DNA from: Tubulanus polymorphus
Lineage: Eukaryota > Animalia > Nemertea
Assembly (NCBI RefSeq): GCF_964204645.1
Contig: NC_134033.1
Location: 12,656,655 to 12,720,654, forward strand
Length of the DNA stretch: 64,000 bases
Direction of reading: 5' to 3'
Positions 14,017-27,000 of this stretch are shown piece by piece; position 1 is the stretch's first letter, and each line of letters starts with the position of its first letter. Position numbers and translations under genes: made by a program. Under the pieces are notes generated by a model that was given only the letters and a program-made list of their open reading frames with translations, had not been told where the DNA came from and did no database searches.

Positions 14017-14155
14017 CCCTCGGACTGGATTAGAACCAGTGACCTAAAGAAGTCAGCTTTGAAGATGCCTCTACAGTCCTCCACTCTACTCTCCACTTTA
14101 CTGGCCTCTACTCCACCACTCTCTACTCTAGTCGTCCACTCTCAGCTATCGAGGG
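14017..14155 (-). pseudogene. Degenerate intron-containing tRNA-Tyr(GTA)-like sequence (pseudogene or tRNA-derived repeat)
   Basis: Minus strand reads CCCTCGATAGCTGAG-[~50-nt purine-rich insert]-GTAGAGTGGAGGACTGTAG-[intron-like]-TTAGGTCACTGGTTCTAATCCAGTCCGAGGG, resembling eukaryotic tRNA-Tyr; the D-arm is disrupted. Confidence 0.6.
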
Positions 14156-14564
14156 TAAATATAAAAGTTCTGACGTCTTGAATCAAACATCTCTTTACTA
14201 TCTCAAGATAATTTGAGTGCATTATTCTAACCTGTTGATCAAATGATGTGAATTTAGAATCAGACTATATGTCGCTACGAAGAAGGCCGAGGATAATCAA
14301 TCGTTGGTGATACCTTTTTAATTAAAATAATATTCTGTTATGGGACAGAAAGGAGGAACAAGTTGACGATTATAAGCATTCCACAAGTTTAACTTTCTTG
14401 CATTGTTAAGTCACAACCTTTAGAACTTTTTCGATTCAGCGACAAAATGGGAAAATAAAACAGTTATCAGTTGTATATATTGCTGACAAGAATTGTGTTT
14501 ATTGTCTTATTTTAATTCACATCCATTAATTCAAAATTTAGAATTCGCATCGAATAGTTAATAG

Positions 14565-17500
14565 TTATACGTTAGTAACTTTAGTTACGACCCTCGAGCC
14601 TTTCAGCCATGGGAAAAAACATCGTTGCTCAATAATATTTACCCGTGATGAGGTACCGTATTTAATACCGAGACCATACGACGCACGCCGTCTACGTCTA
14701 TGCATTTTAGGTGGATGTTTGGCAAAGCAATACAGATAATCTTTACCCGGCCACTTTCTACACGGGACCTGGCAAAGCGAATGATACATTTTACCCTTCC
14801 ATTCGAATCCCGATCCTTTTCCGAGGGCGTCATCCATATTTCCTACGAAACGTCTGGCGTCGTTACCGACATCGATGTTCATAGCTCTTACTTTATCGAG
14901 AATACCGTTGTATGGCTTAATAAGTAAAGCGTTGATTAACATTTCTGTTTCACCCGCGATGCGGTGCAATTGCTTGAAATCTTCGAATGGAGCGTGTATG
15001 GTCGATTTTGTTACATGGTCTTCTAACTCGTAGTAGGAGCCCTTCAGTCCATTTTCTAATATAGTGGGTGCCATCGTCCTCGCGCCGAATCTATCCTAAA
15101 ATGCAGGAACACCGCCAATTTATATTTTTGGTAATTTCTTTTTGGATAATGCCGTCAAACAGAAAAATTCTAGACTCTGAGGTACAAAGTTCGCAAGATA
15201 TTCTGGTTTTTATCTTGTACTCAGTTTCAACGTTCTGCGTGAAGTTTGAATTTATTTCTAATAATGAATCACAGAGCCGTATCTAATCCTGCAAAAACTG
15301 TGGCACAATTTGTGATCAGTTTATGGACGAGGTTTCACAGTTATATATCATCGCCAATTAGATTTCACCAATCAGATAGAATATCACTTGGTTTTGACTA
15401 GAGCGGTACAAGCATAAACATTGCTAAAGCACTTATAGTCGATTCCTTGAGAAATAGATATACATGTAATACCTTAAATGTCTCGAAGGCAGTCGATTCA
15501 ACAATTTCTGTCATGCTTTTCATAAAGATTTCAAGGTCGTAGAACCAATTGTTTTTCCACACAGGATCCCCGAGTCTGTTCAACTCTTTGACCAATGTAA
15601 TATACACGAGACAAAATGATGGGATACCGCTCAAAATCTCCACATCAAAAGCAATCTCCTCAAATCTTTCCAGATCATACCTGTTGATGAATATGAAATA
15701 AGTTCATTGGAATTTGTTAGAATAGAAAGTGCGATTATGCTGGATATCAACATGAACCTTTATGGCCTATGATAAATTCTGCAAATAAGATCGAATGGAC
15801 CATCCTTTATATATGATCTAACTTCAAAGGCATTTCCAATGAAATTATGCCAACGAGACGTAGTTGCATTACTGTAGTTTTTACCTGTGTTTGAACGTAT
15901 TCAGAGTAGTTGCGAGTTTTGAAAGTTCCTCTAGTCTGAATTTTGTCGTATATTGCGAAGAATCGGACAGCTCCGATATGCGTTTAACAACAGCTCCCAG
16001 TTTAGCAGCCATCGCGTCTTCGTTGTGCGACGTTAATTTAGTAGCGATTGCCGATTGAACGAGTGCTTTGATTTCATCCCAAACTGACATTTTTTGTTCG
16101 GTGGGGAACGTCAAAAAAATGCTCTTTAAAACCACCATGGCTACCGACGCAGGGGCGACCGGCGCGGAGATTGACATGACAACTGCGGCGTTGTTGTACA
16201 GGAAGTCGAACACGGTCACAGCGTCGGTCTTCGTGGTTTTTTTGGCTAGAAAGAAAATGATTAAATTCAGCCTAAAGAAAGCGAACATCAATATTGGGAA
16301 TGAAGTAAAGTTCTATGGTTTTAAAGCAATGGGCCAAGTTCCCTAGTTCCCAGATAGGTATGAAAGTTAAAATTACTAGTGAAGTATGGACTAGATCAAG
16401 ATAACCAGTATAAAGCCTCTCATGTACCAATACCTCAATTAGGTTTCATTGTTTCGCGATATATTAGAACGTACACGACCAAAAAAATTGGGTTTCGCTT
16501 ACGTGGTACAAAGTTGATTTGCTGGTAGGTGATGATTTTATAGTTCTTGGACATCTCGTTGCAGCTTTTGTAGAAATGACAATCAGTCACTTCGTATGGT
16601 AAAGCAGACACGGCTACGCATTCTTTTCCCATCTCATTGCAACGTTTTAAACAGGCAGCAAAGTCTTCGAGAGTTTCTGTAATGGGGTTTCCCGTACATT
16701 GACCGATTACTCGTCTATAAACACCGTCTTCACGTGGTACTGAAAATACAAAATCTCATTAGTTTTGGTATACAATTTGTTCATCAATCGAGACTTTAGT
16801 TAAGGCACCCAATGCTCTGTTCATGTACCCATTCCTGAATGAAGGTTTAAGACCGTAGTGGGATATACTTTAATATGTATCATTTGCAGGATCGTAAAGC
16901 AATTTGTACATACGGTTTTGCCAATGCAGGATTGGTCATGAAAAGCATAGTGGTTTATTACAGTTATACACACACGTGTAGCTAAGCTACTGAATTAAAG
17001 CGGTCATATTCCTTTTCACATAGTCTGGGCGAGTATTCGCGGTCATCGATAAAAGATTTTAGGAACTGAATGTAATTACGATTTGCTTGGGGTTTGTTGA
17101 GAGTGGTGTATGTCAAAGAGTGTTGATCCACATTGGGTCCTTCACACAGTGAATCATACAGCGAACACTGCCTTTGATCGTTTACCACGAACGCAAAGCA
17201 ATCTGATTTTTTGTTGCAGGCCTCTTGGCAATATTGCACGACATTTCCTTCAATTTTTTGAGTGGATATTTGCTTCCCGGCTTTGCAACTGCCAACCTGC
17301 ACTGTGTAACGCGCCATTTCGACTGCAAAGATAAAAGTTGTCTCGACATCTAACCAAAATATCTTTCTGGATAATATCATGAACGTATTCGTGGATGTCA
17401 AGCAGTAGGCAAAGGAAAACATTGTAAGTGAAATTTTATTGCAAAGCGCCCTTACAGAAAATTACGACTGCATCTTATCCTGCCATTGGGGTTCCTAGGG

Positions 17501-19238
17501 AATGATGATTCCAAGGGTTTGCTGACTACAAAAATTATACTTACTCATACTCAGACTAGTGATAACCGTTTCTTGTAACACCATCACATTGCATAAGGAT
17601 AAAGCCCGTTCACCATGAGCCAAAATGATGACGTATCTCCCTCGTAGAACTTGATAACAGTAATTACGAGTTTCGGTGGGGGATGTTATTCCCACGTATT
17701 GGCACAGTTCCCAACTATTTCTATTCGAACTCGTCGCCGGTTCTTTGGACACGTAGATTTTGTAGTTTTTTGGAACTGCACAAAGAAAAACGTGTTTAAA
17801 TTCCGCCATGATACGAACAGACGCAGTTAAAAGTAAAGGCATTTCGATGAAATATCTTTCTTTGTCAAAAATCCACCCCGTTATTGTAAATCGATCTCCG
17901 AACAAACGTTTGAATGAAGATTTTGGTCTACAGTAGGGATCTAGGAATCATGTGTGAACCCATATTGGGCTCGGAATCAAAGGAATTGGATATTTTAGAT
18001 CCCTACGCACTGAAGTATTAGAGCTCCTAAAACACGTAAGCCATCGTCAAAAGATAACATAAGCCCATAAGATATGATAATTGATTTACTCACTTTCTAC
18101 GTTTGCATTCAACAGGATCTGCACAGCATTTACCATCTGGTTTTCTCCGATATCAATTTGCCACCAACTCCCCGTATATTTCTTTTCAGTCATCGTACAA
18201 GTCTGTTTATCTCGATCTACTGCTTTAGAGGCGTCGCCATCACCAGCAGTCGTACTCTGAACAACAGGCTTGCCGCCAGCTATGCTCCTCACGGCTGAAA
18301 ATAACGAACAAAGTCACAAGCTCGTAGCCAGGATTTTGAAAGGGGCGTTCTTAAATTGTAAAAAAGGGCACTTTTGCATGTTTTGTATCCCAGGAAAGCG
18401 AGCATCATATGCTTAAAAACAGAATTCTGACTGGGTGCGAATTTAGAGAGGGTTAGAGAGGGTGGAACTTATTTGATTGCGTTGGAAAGAAAAGAAAATT
18501 TTGAAAATGGAAACGTTTTAGATGCATTTCTGGCCAAATTTTAGTGAATATTTCATATAAAAATCCTCGAAACATTTTCAGAATAAGTTTTTATTAGAAT
18601 CCAACAACATATACTGGAGTCTTCGTTTATGGAGACTGGCAAATCTTTTGATAACAGTCTATATCTACCATTCGCATCCCCCCTCTGGGTACGGGCCTGT
18701 AAGTAACTCAATTTGAAAAGTTTGGTAACTACACTCGTCTTGGGTGTTATCCAGCAAATATTTTCGTCACAGCCTTTGTATCTATAATATCATCAACGTA
18801 ATGTATGCGCATGAGGGCCAAGGGGGTTAACCTATCCTCCGTCATTGAACATTGCGCACGTAGTTGTTTCGCCGACGTTGTGTGAGCCTAGTGTAAGCAC
18901 CATGTGTTTATGTAAACATTAAAACAACGGACTGAGTCGCCGATAAGATGCCGTGGCCAACACTGAACATCTCAAGTGGTGCCTCTGAACCTATTCATAG
19001 GCTAAAAATTACCAAAATCATGAAGGGCACTTTCTAAAAAGGGGCGTTCGGCGTTCGTTCGAACGGACTAACCCCCCCCCCCCCCAATTCAAGAGTCAAT
19101 TCAACATAGAATGCCCACTGGAAACGAAATCACCTTTTTTTCTTTTAAAAACGTGAAGCCTACGTTATGTGATCATATAACCCTACCTTCGTTTGTCGCA
19201 AAATTTGCGGCGATCAACAGAATCAACAGGAGCAACAT
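14565..19238 (-). CDS. Paralogue B: secreted F-type-lectin / 2xPAN / Cry-domain-I-like protein, ~685 aa
   Basis: Exons 19238-19187, 18294-18094, 17775-17545 (or 17551), 17322-17080, 16739-16503, 16245-15885, 15680-15473, 15095-14565; same intron phases as A; signal peptide MLLLLILLIAANFATNE. Confidence 0.88.
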
Positions 19239-20161
19239 TATTCGGTCGTCTGACAGTTTCAGTAGAATCGTGTCGAATGAACACTTCACCGTTTATCAAT
19301 AATATATTCGAAAATATTCTATCCACCTGTACACCTGGACACCTGTACACATGTACCATGTGCCCTCTTGATGCATCGACCGAAAATTATACCCTGTTTT
19401 TATGCAGTCGAAGCGCCCCTAGAATATTTTCGTGTTCATAGAATTATGAATAAGTGGCTACATATTCAAAAAGAATTGAAGAAGAGTGGAAGAAAATTAT
19501 AAAAGAGTGCGTCCAATATTCAATGGGCTTTCAACCTGGAGGTGCACGATAAAACCTGTATTGCACTTTGGAATCATGAGCTAATCCGATATTGTGACTC
19601 ATATGGCCGCCAATAGATTTCCTGAATTTGACGAGTGATCCAAGAAAAAACAAAAGTATCATGTTATCGGATGCGCACATTTAGCACTGGTCACCGCATA
19701 CTGCATTATCCGAACGTGGCATATGTCCTGCAAGCATCGGGCTGGTCTGCATCATTTGTGACGTATGTAGCCTAACATGATGATGTATTAAGATGTCGGA
19801 TTTCATTCTGGGTCATCGGTTATTATCAAGTTCTATTCAATCGCGATGAGTTTTCGTGATGGTAGGAAAATCGTTTCCGAGCAAGCAAGAAATACCAAAA
19901 AGTCGTCGGCGTGGTGTTGAATGATCACCCACTCGGCTTTAATGATCAAGTGTAGCCTATTCATCAAAACGTTTATATCACCTCATTCAGTACATAACTA
20001 GCCCATATACCAGTATCAAATGTTATCTTTCGATAAAAACTGAACTTAACTAAATATATGGGTTTGAAAAATGAATTACAGGTGCGCGAATATCTGAGCG
20101 CACTGACAATTTGCTATGCGTGTGACGTCATACGGGCTATACAGGGAATAAACCGTATACT

Positions 20162-20500
20162 CATCCTCCCCCGGCAGGGATTCGAACCTGATGGCATCGA
20201 GATTGCCACGGCACGAAACCCTGCCATAATCGACCGTGTGCGCAGATAAATGCGCAGTTCAGATGATGTGATTTTTAGCCAATCAGAAATCCCGTTTTAT
20301 TTTAGCCCGGGTTTTCCCATTTATAGTTCTTCCTTGAAATTTGCCTCAACGATTATACAACGAGCAATCTGATTGGTGCCGCCAGTTTTCGTTCGGAAAG
20401 CTGCGCATGTACCTGCGCACCCGGTCTACTGATGCAGGGGTTCGTGTCGTGGCTGAGTGTAGCGATTCCATCAGGTTCGAGTCCCTGCAGAGGGAGGATG
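20162..20500 (+). mobile_element. MITE, family CATCCTC...GAGGATG (copy 1)
   Basis: ~60-bp imperfect TIRs; target-site duplication cgtatact (8 bp); near-identical to the copies at 51043 and 51785. Confidence 0.9.
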
Positions 20501-22199
20501 CGTATACTGAACACACATTATCAGTGAAAGTTTTATTGTTTTTTTTCTTTCTCGAAGCCAACTGAATTCACGAATAAGCATTTGTTTTATCTATCATTAA
20601 GTTCATCATAAACGTTAATGGTCAAATGTAATCAAGATATAACACAACTTCATACCTATATGATCGGTGCAATAGCGTGGTAACCGACAAAGTAAACTCG
20701 CCTATTAAGGCGAGATTTTAATAGTATCAGTATATAGTTTCCCACGCCTGTAAGAGACATATACTGCATACTGATATATGTTCTATCCACACAAAGCAGG
20801 TCGTAAGATCAGCTGGGATAACTCAAACTTTGTGTGACATAGATATCAATTTGAAACTTCGTTTAAACGTGGCATAAGTCCTGGAACCATCGGGCTTGTT
20901 TGTAGGCTACCATGTTATGTTCGTGCTGGCTTCGATACAGCGCGTAGCCCCTATAACGTCATCATCAGCACCATCTACAGGGGCATCAGATGAACTATGT
21001 GATGAGAAAATCCCTTCAAATTTACACTTTTCAATCATTTATTATCAGTTAATCGATCACTCATTACAGCTAAAATTTCTCAGGAATGATTATTATGTGT
21101 TTATGTAATACTATCTATCGTTAAAAAACAAAAGATCTTTTAGGCTGTCCCGGTACTCATGATCTTCACCATTCATCTATATTCCTGTACCTAATAAACT
21201 AAATTTTTAGATCAATATGACGGTTTCCAATAATATCTACATATATGTATATTGTATATGCACCCTAGTATGCATGTACAGGTGTAGAATGAATATGGAT
21301 TATTTTGGGCTCACTTTGTAAGTTAAGTTTTCCAGAGAACTCCTGATCAATAAATCGAATGATACAGTCGAGCATCTAGTATGGTTAGATATTGTTTTAC
21401 TAAGTTAAAACCCACGATATACACAATTCAAAAGATTAAAAGCGAATTTTATTCATCCGAAATTTAAAATCAAAGGCCACGCCGTTTCGTACTCACTAGA
21501 GATTATCGATGATTTCTTTCAGCGACCCCGCAAAGCTACTGTAGCAATCGAGGATACCACCTATGGCAGGCGAAGATCCGCCAGGTTCACTAGTGGTTAC
21601 TCGGTTACCGCGCTTCAATTTCTTCGACATTTCAATTAAAAATTTGAGTCAAATTTTCTCACCAGTAAATCAATTTCTAATAAAACTATACCATACACTT
21701 ATTGGGAACGCCCCATCTTATATCTATTTGATGACTTATTTGTAGCCTAAAGATCCAGCTCAAAGCTCATTGAAAATGAACTAATTTTCACTGATGTATT
21801 GTGTGATGTATTTTCATGTATAACTGAGTGCATTGTAGCGCCATCTGGTTTGTGCCGATACCCCATTCAGTGTGAAAGCTTTATTTTGTCAGCGAGGTAT
21901 TAATCATACGCACGTATTTTTATTTTGTATAGTGTTTGTGTGCGTTTCTTTAGTACGTATGTGTCTAATAGCCGTTTGTAGTTAGACTATTTACTGCCAC
22001 TCCCCTTACTCCCTTACTCAGTGAGAATGTAGAAACTCGGAACAGCGACATTGTAGTTTAGTTTTCGAATCCTGAAGTGTTGAGTACGTATGTATTACGA
22101 GATATGGTTCCTTCCTTAGCTTTCTTGACAGAAAAAGTCGCTGATCACTGATGATGGACCAACTGTACCCCTTGACGAAGAATGGTGAATAAAATTGTT

Positions 22200-22278
22200 C
22201 CCTTGTACTGGATGCGAACCAGTGACCTAAGGAAGCCAGCTACAGAAATGCCTCTACAGTCCCCCGTCTCCCGAGGGG
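22200..22278 (-). pseudogene. Truncated tRNA-Tyr-like relic, paralogous to 14017-14155
   Basis: GGACTGTAGaggcatttctgtagctggcTTCCTTAGGTCACTGGTTCGCATCCAG on the minus strand; lies in a 3' flank homologous to that of paralogue B. Confidence 0.5.
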
Positions 22279-22741
22279 AGACATTAAAATGGTAACGTCG
22301 TGAAACTGAAGTATCTTCACTCTCTGGGAATACAGGTGTAGATACATGTAGTTTAATTAATGGACATTATTCCAACTTGTTCATCAAATGATGTGAATTC
22401 AGAATCTCGAAGGTCGATGATGAATTGTCGCTGGCAATTCCTTTATATTGAAAATTCTCTAGGTTATAGGTAATTTCCGGGAAAGATGGAACGAGAATTA
22501 TAAACATTTCAACTTCCTCATAATGTTAGGTGATAATCCTTAAGGAGAACATTCAAAAAGTGATTTATTAAGTACGTAGCCTACGTGTCCTTGATGATCA
22601 AGACGGAATAGGCGAAAAAATAAGAAAACAAAAACACATATTTGCAATCAATTGACAAGGATGTTTATTTTCTGAATTCGTTTTTCATCAATTCATTGAT
22701 TCATAATGCGTTATCTCTATCGCGTCCCGAATCGTTCATAC

Positions 22742-23813
22742 CTATTCAACGTTGTCAGCCTTTTCGACAAGCACAGAGCCTTTCACCCTCGGGAAATAAC
22801 AACGATGTTCAATTATCCTACGAACGCTTTTGATACGACGACTTCGTGGATGCCGTAAACTAGGATCAATGTCTCTTTCAATAAGCGGATTCTTGGTAAT
22901 ACAAAACAGATAATCTTTACCCGGCCACTTTCTACACGGGACCAAACAAGGCATGCGTATCACGTCATTACCCCGATGGAATTCTGACCCCATTCCGAGT
23001 ATGTCGTTCAATGTCCCAATAAACTGTCTGGCGTCGCTACCGACATCGATGTTCATACCTCTTACTTTATTTAGAATACCGTTGTATGGCTTTATAAGTA
23101 AAGCGTTGATTGACATTCGCGTCTCGTCCGCGATGCTCTACAGTTTTTTAGATCGTCATATCTTGCCTGTATGGTCGATTTGGCAACATGGTCTTTCAAC
23201 TCGTACGTATAGGCGCCCCAAAATTCCTGTTCTAATTTGATGGGTACCATGGTCTTCGGGCCAAGTCGATCCTAGTTTTGAAGACACGTAGAATTTTGTA
23301 TTCTTTGGTAATTCTAGGTCAGAAATTCGGTCAAACAGGATATATTTCATTCGGAAAAATACCCATTAAATCGGGTCGAAGTTCTAAACCTAATTCCACA
23401 GTTCTTGTTTTACAGTTTAGTTTTACTTTTAGTGAAAGTTGGAATCACTCATTATCTGCATAAAGAGAACAGTGGAACAGATTCAAGGACGTGACACGGT
23501 CTGATTCGTTTATGAACGAGGTTTTATAGAGTTATTATATATTTGTTCGATCATTTAAAGGTAACGCTTTCCCATTGCATACTATGTTGAATTACGTGAT
23601 AGTACCTTAAACGTCTCGAAGGCAGTCGATTCGACATTTCGTGTCATGCTTTTCATAAAGGCTTCAAGGTCGTGGAACCAGTTATTTTTCCGCGTAGGAT
23701 GCCCGAGTCTGTTCAACTCTTTAACCAATGTGGTATAGACGAGACAGAATGATGAGATACCACTCAAAACCTCCACATCAAAAGTAATCTCCTCAAATCT
23801 TGCCAGATCATAC
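22742..23813 (-). pseudogene. Paralogue D: orphan exons 7-8 of the lectin/PAN/Cry-like family
   Basis: Exon 7 (23813-23606) is open; exon 8 (23271-22742) has a 1-nt deletion in the A-run (~23144-23149) and an in-frame TAG (23140-23138) relative to A/B/C; exons 1-6 are absent. Confidence 0.8.
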
Positions 23814-24073
23814 CTGTTGGTGTAATACAAGCATTTGAAATAATAATGCATTGCATCTGTTCCAACCAAAACTCGCCGACCACTTCAATTCAACGAATGA
23901 CTACACATGTAATTTGGTTTCTACAAACTTGATGATAAATTCTGAATGAGCGAGAAAAGGGAAAAACAAAACACACTTGTATGTATTGCTGTGACAAAGA
24001 TGTTTAATTCCTCGACTTAATTTTCTATTATTTTTATAACCGGATATCTGCCATCGCATCGAATCGTTAGTAC

Positions 24074-27000
24074 CTATTCAGCTTTATCGACCACTTTCGA
24101 ACCTTTCACCCACGGGAAATAACATCGTTGCTGAATAATTTTCGTACGTCTTCGGGTGGAATGCATTGAACCAACACCAAATCCACGCCGTATGCGCCGA
24201 TCCACCGCAGACTTTGAAAGGCAATACAGATGACTTCCACCTGGCCACTTCCTACACGGTACCAAACAGGGCGAATGTATCACTCTATCGCGGAATTGGA
24301 ATCCCGACCCTTTACCGAGGGTGCCGCTCAATTTACCTTCGAAACGTCTGGCGTCATTACCGACATCGATGTTCATACCTCTTACTTTATCGAGAATACC
24401 GTTGTATGGCTTAATAAGTAAAGCGTTGATTAACATTCGCGTCTCGTCTGCGATGCTCTGCATTTGCTTGAAATCTCCAAATGCAGCGTGTATGATCGAT
24501 TTGCTAACTTGGTCTTCTAACTCGTAGTATGAGCCACCCCATCCCATTTCTATCTTAGTTGGTGTCATTGTCTTTGGTCCGAAACGATCCTACAATGCAC
24601 GGACACGGCGAATTTATTATCTTTGGTAAATTCTGAAGGTGAGGTCAATCAGGATATAATTGTTTCGGAAGTTTGAAAAATAATCTTTGCTAAATTATTA
24701 TAGAAAATACATTCTTATTTCCTCAGAACATAAGTTATATAAGATACCTTAAACGTCTCGAAGGCAGTCGATTCAACGATTCGTGTCATGCTTTTCATAA
24801 AGGTTTCAAGGTCATGGAACCAGTTGTTTTTCCACTTAGGATGCCCGAGTCTGTTCAACTCTTTTACCAATGTGATATAGACTAGACAGAATGATGGGAT
24901 ACCACTCAGAACCTCCACATCAAAAGCAATCTCCTCAAATCTTTCCAGGTCATACCTGTTGGTGTAATACAAGCATTTGAAATAATAATGCATTGCACAA
25001 GTACGTTGGGAGCTTATGACATACCCACTGGATATTGACTCGTATGAACATTTTAGCATTCCAAACGTTTATAACATCAGAATTTAGTTGATGTAGCAAA
25101 TAATCAAGATCGAACTGAACCAGGGGCCGGTCATGGCTTAGACTAAAGACCAGTCTAAGACAAACTTAGTTCTAACAACTTAAGACCAGTCTTAAGATTT
25201 AAGACCACTTTTGGATTTACGTTACGACTGTGCAACTGGCCCCTGGAACTTAGAACACTTCCACTCAATGACATTACCAATACAGTCTGTATGAACCAAA
25301 AAGTAGTTGCTTCGCGGTTTTTACCTATGTTTGAAGGTGTTCAGTGTAGTTGCTAGTTTTGAAAGTTCCTCTTGTCTGAATTCTATCGTATATTCCGAAG
25401 AATCGGACAATTCTGAAATGCGTTCAACAACAGCTCCCAGTTTAGCTTTCATTGCGTCTTCGTTGTGCGACGTTATTTTAGTAGCGATGGCCGAATGAAC
25501 GAGTCGCTTGATTTCATCCCAAACCGACATTTTTTCTTCGACGAGAAACGTCGTGAAGATGCTCTTTAAAACTGTCATGCCTATCGATACGGGGCTCAAG
25601 GGTGAGCAGAGTTTCATTATAGTCGCGGTGTTTGTGTAAAGGAAATCTAACAGGACTAAAGCATCGATTCCTGTCGTTTTCTTAGCTGAAAAGATAGTGT
25701 ATATTTCAATATTAAATATAACTTAGACAGTCTAAACAATATCCCAAAGATTGGTGATAAATAACACGAAAACACTAAAACAAACACAAGACCCGGTTCG
25801 ACGAATTACGTCTATGTTTAACTATAGAGTTGAAATCATTTTCATTTTTGTAGCCCCAGAGTCAAATATTGAATAAGCTTTTTATTCAGAAACAGCCTAC
25901 CTGTACCAAATACTATCATTTCAAAAAACATTTTCGCAACTAAAACCCATATAGTTTGGTCGTGTTATGATAACATTGTCCACCTACGAAATAATGGGTA
26001 TCACTTACGTGGTACAAAGTTGATTTGTTGGTAGGTGACTATATTTTTGTCTGCAGACATCGCGTTGCAGCTTTTATAAAAATGGCATTCAGTCACTTCG
26101 TATGGCAAAGCAGACACGGCTACGCATTCTTTTCTCATTTCATTACAACGTTTCAAACAAGCAGCAAAGTTTTCGAGAGTTTCTGTAACGGGGTTTCCCT
26201 TACATTGACCAATTACTCGCCTATAAACACCGTCTCCAAGTGGTACTGAAAATAACAAATCCCATCAGCTTTTTCAACATTTAACTAAAACTTCAAGGGC
26301 CCGTTGCACAGTCGTGGCTTAGACTTAAGACCAGTCTAAGACCAACTTAGTTCTATAGCCAATCTAACAACTTAAGACCAGTCTTAAGATTAAAGACGAC
26401 TTTTGGACTTAAATCACGACTGTGCAACTGGCCCCAGGGCTGCTTTGACAATTGAGACTTAAGATAAGAAGGTAGTTACAAATTGCTTGAAGTTTGTTGA
26501 AATTGGTGTAACCCAAAGAGTTATAGTGGCGTTCCACATCGGGTCCTTCACACAGTGAATCATACAGCAAACACTGCCTTTGATCGTTTACCACGAATGC
26601 AAAACAATTCGATTTGTTGTTACAGGCCTCTTTGCAATATTGCACGACATTTCCATCAATTGTTTTAGTGAATATTCGCTGCCCGGCCGCGCAATTGCCA
26701 ACCTGCATTGAGTAACGAGTTAGTTCACCTACAAATAAAAAAACATGTTTAGAAATTTACCACGACAATGATATTTTCAAGTGTCTTGGGCATTCATTGA
26801 TGTCGTACAGGACAAATGGTAGACGAAGAATACAGTGTCAATAGAGAAGTATTGCAAAGAATCTTTACAGTGGTTGACTAGATTGAAAACAAACGAAAAG
26901 AACTTACTCATACTCATGCTCGTGATAACCGTCTCTTGTAACACCATCACTCTGCATAGGGATAAACTCTGTCCGCGCGGAGACGAGATGATGACGTATC

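Noticed and set aside
14017-14155. Functional tRNA-Tyr gene
   Set aside because: D-arm interrupted by a ~50-nt insert and T-loop mutated (TTCTAAT); treated as a relic.
20341-20565. Recurrent ORF MPQRLYNEQ... (also 50972-51202 and 51986-52249)
   Set aside because: Lies within copies of a non-coding MITE; no transposase motifs.
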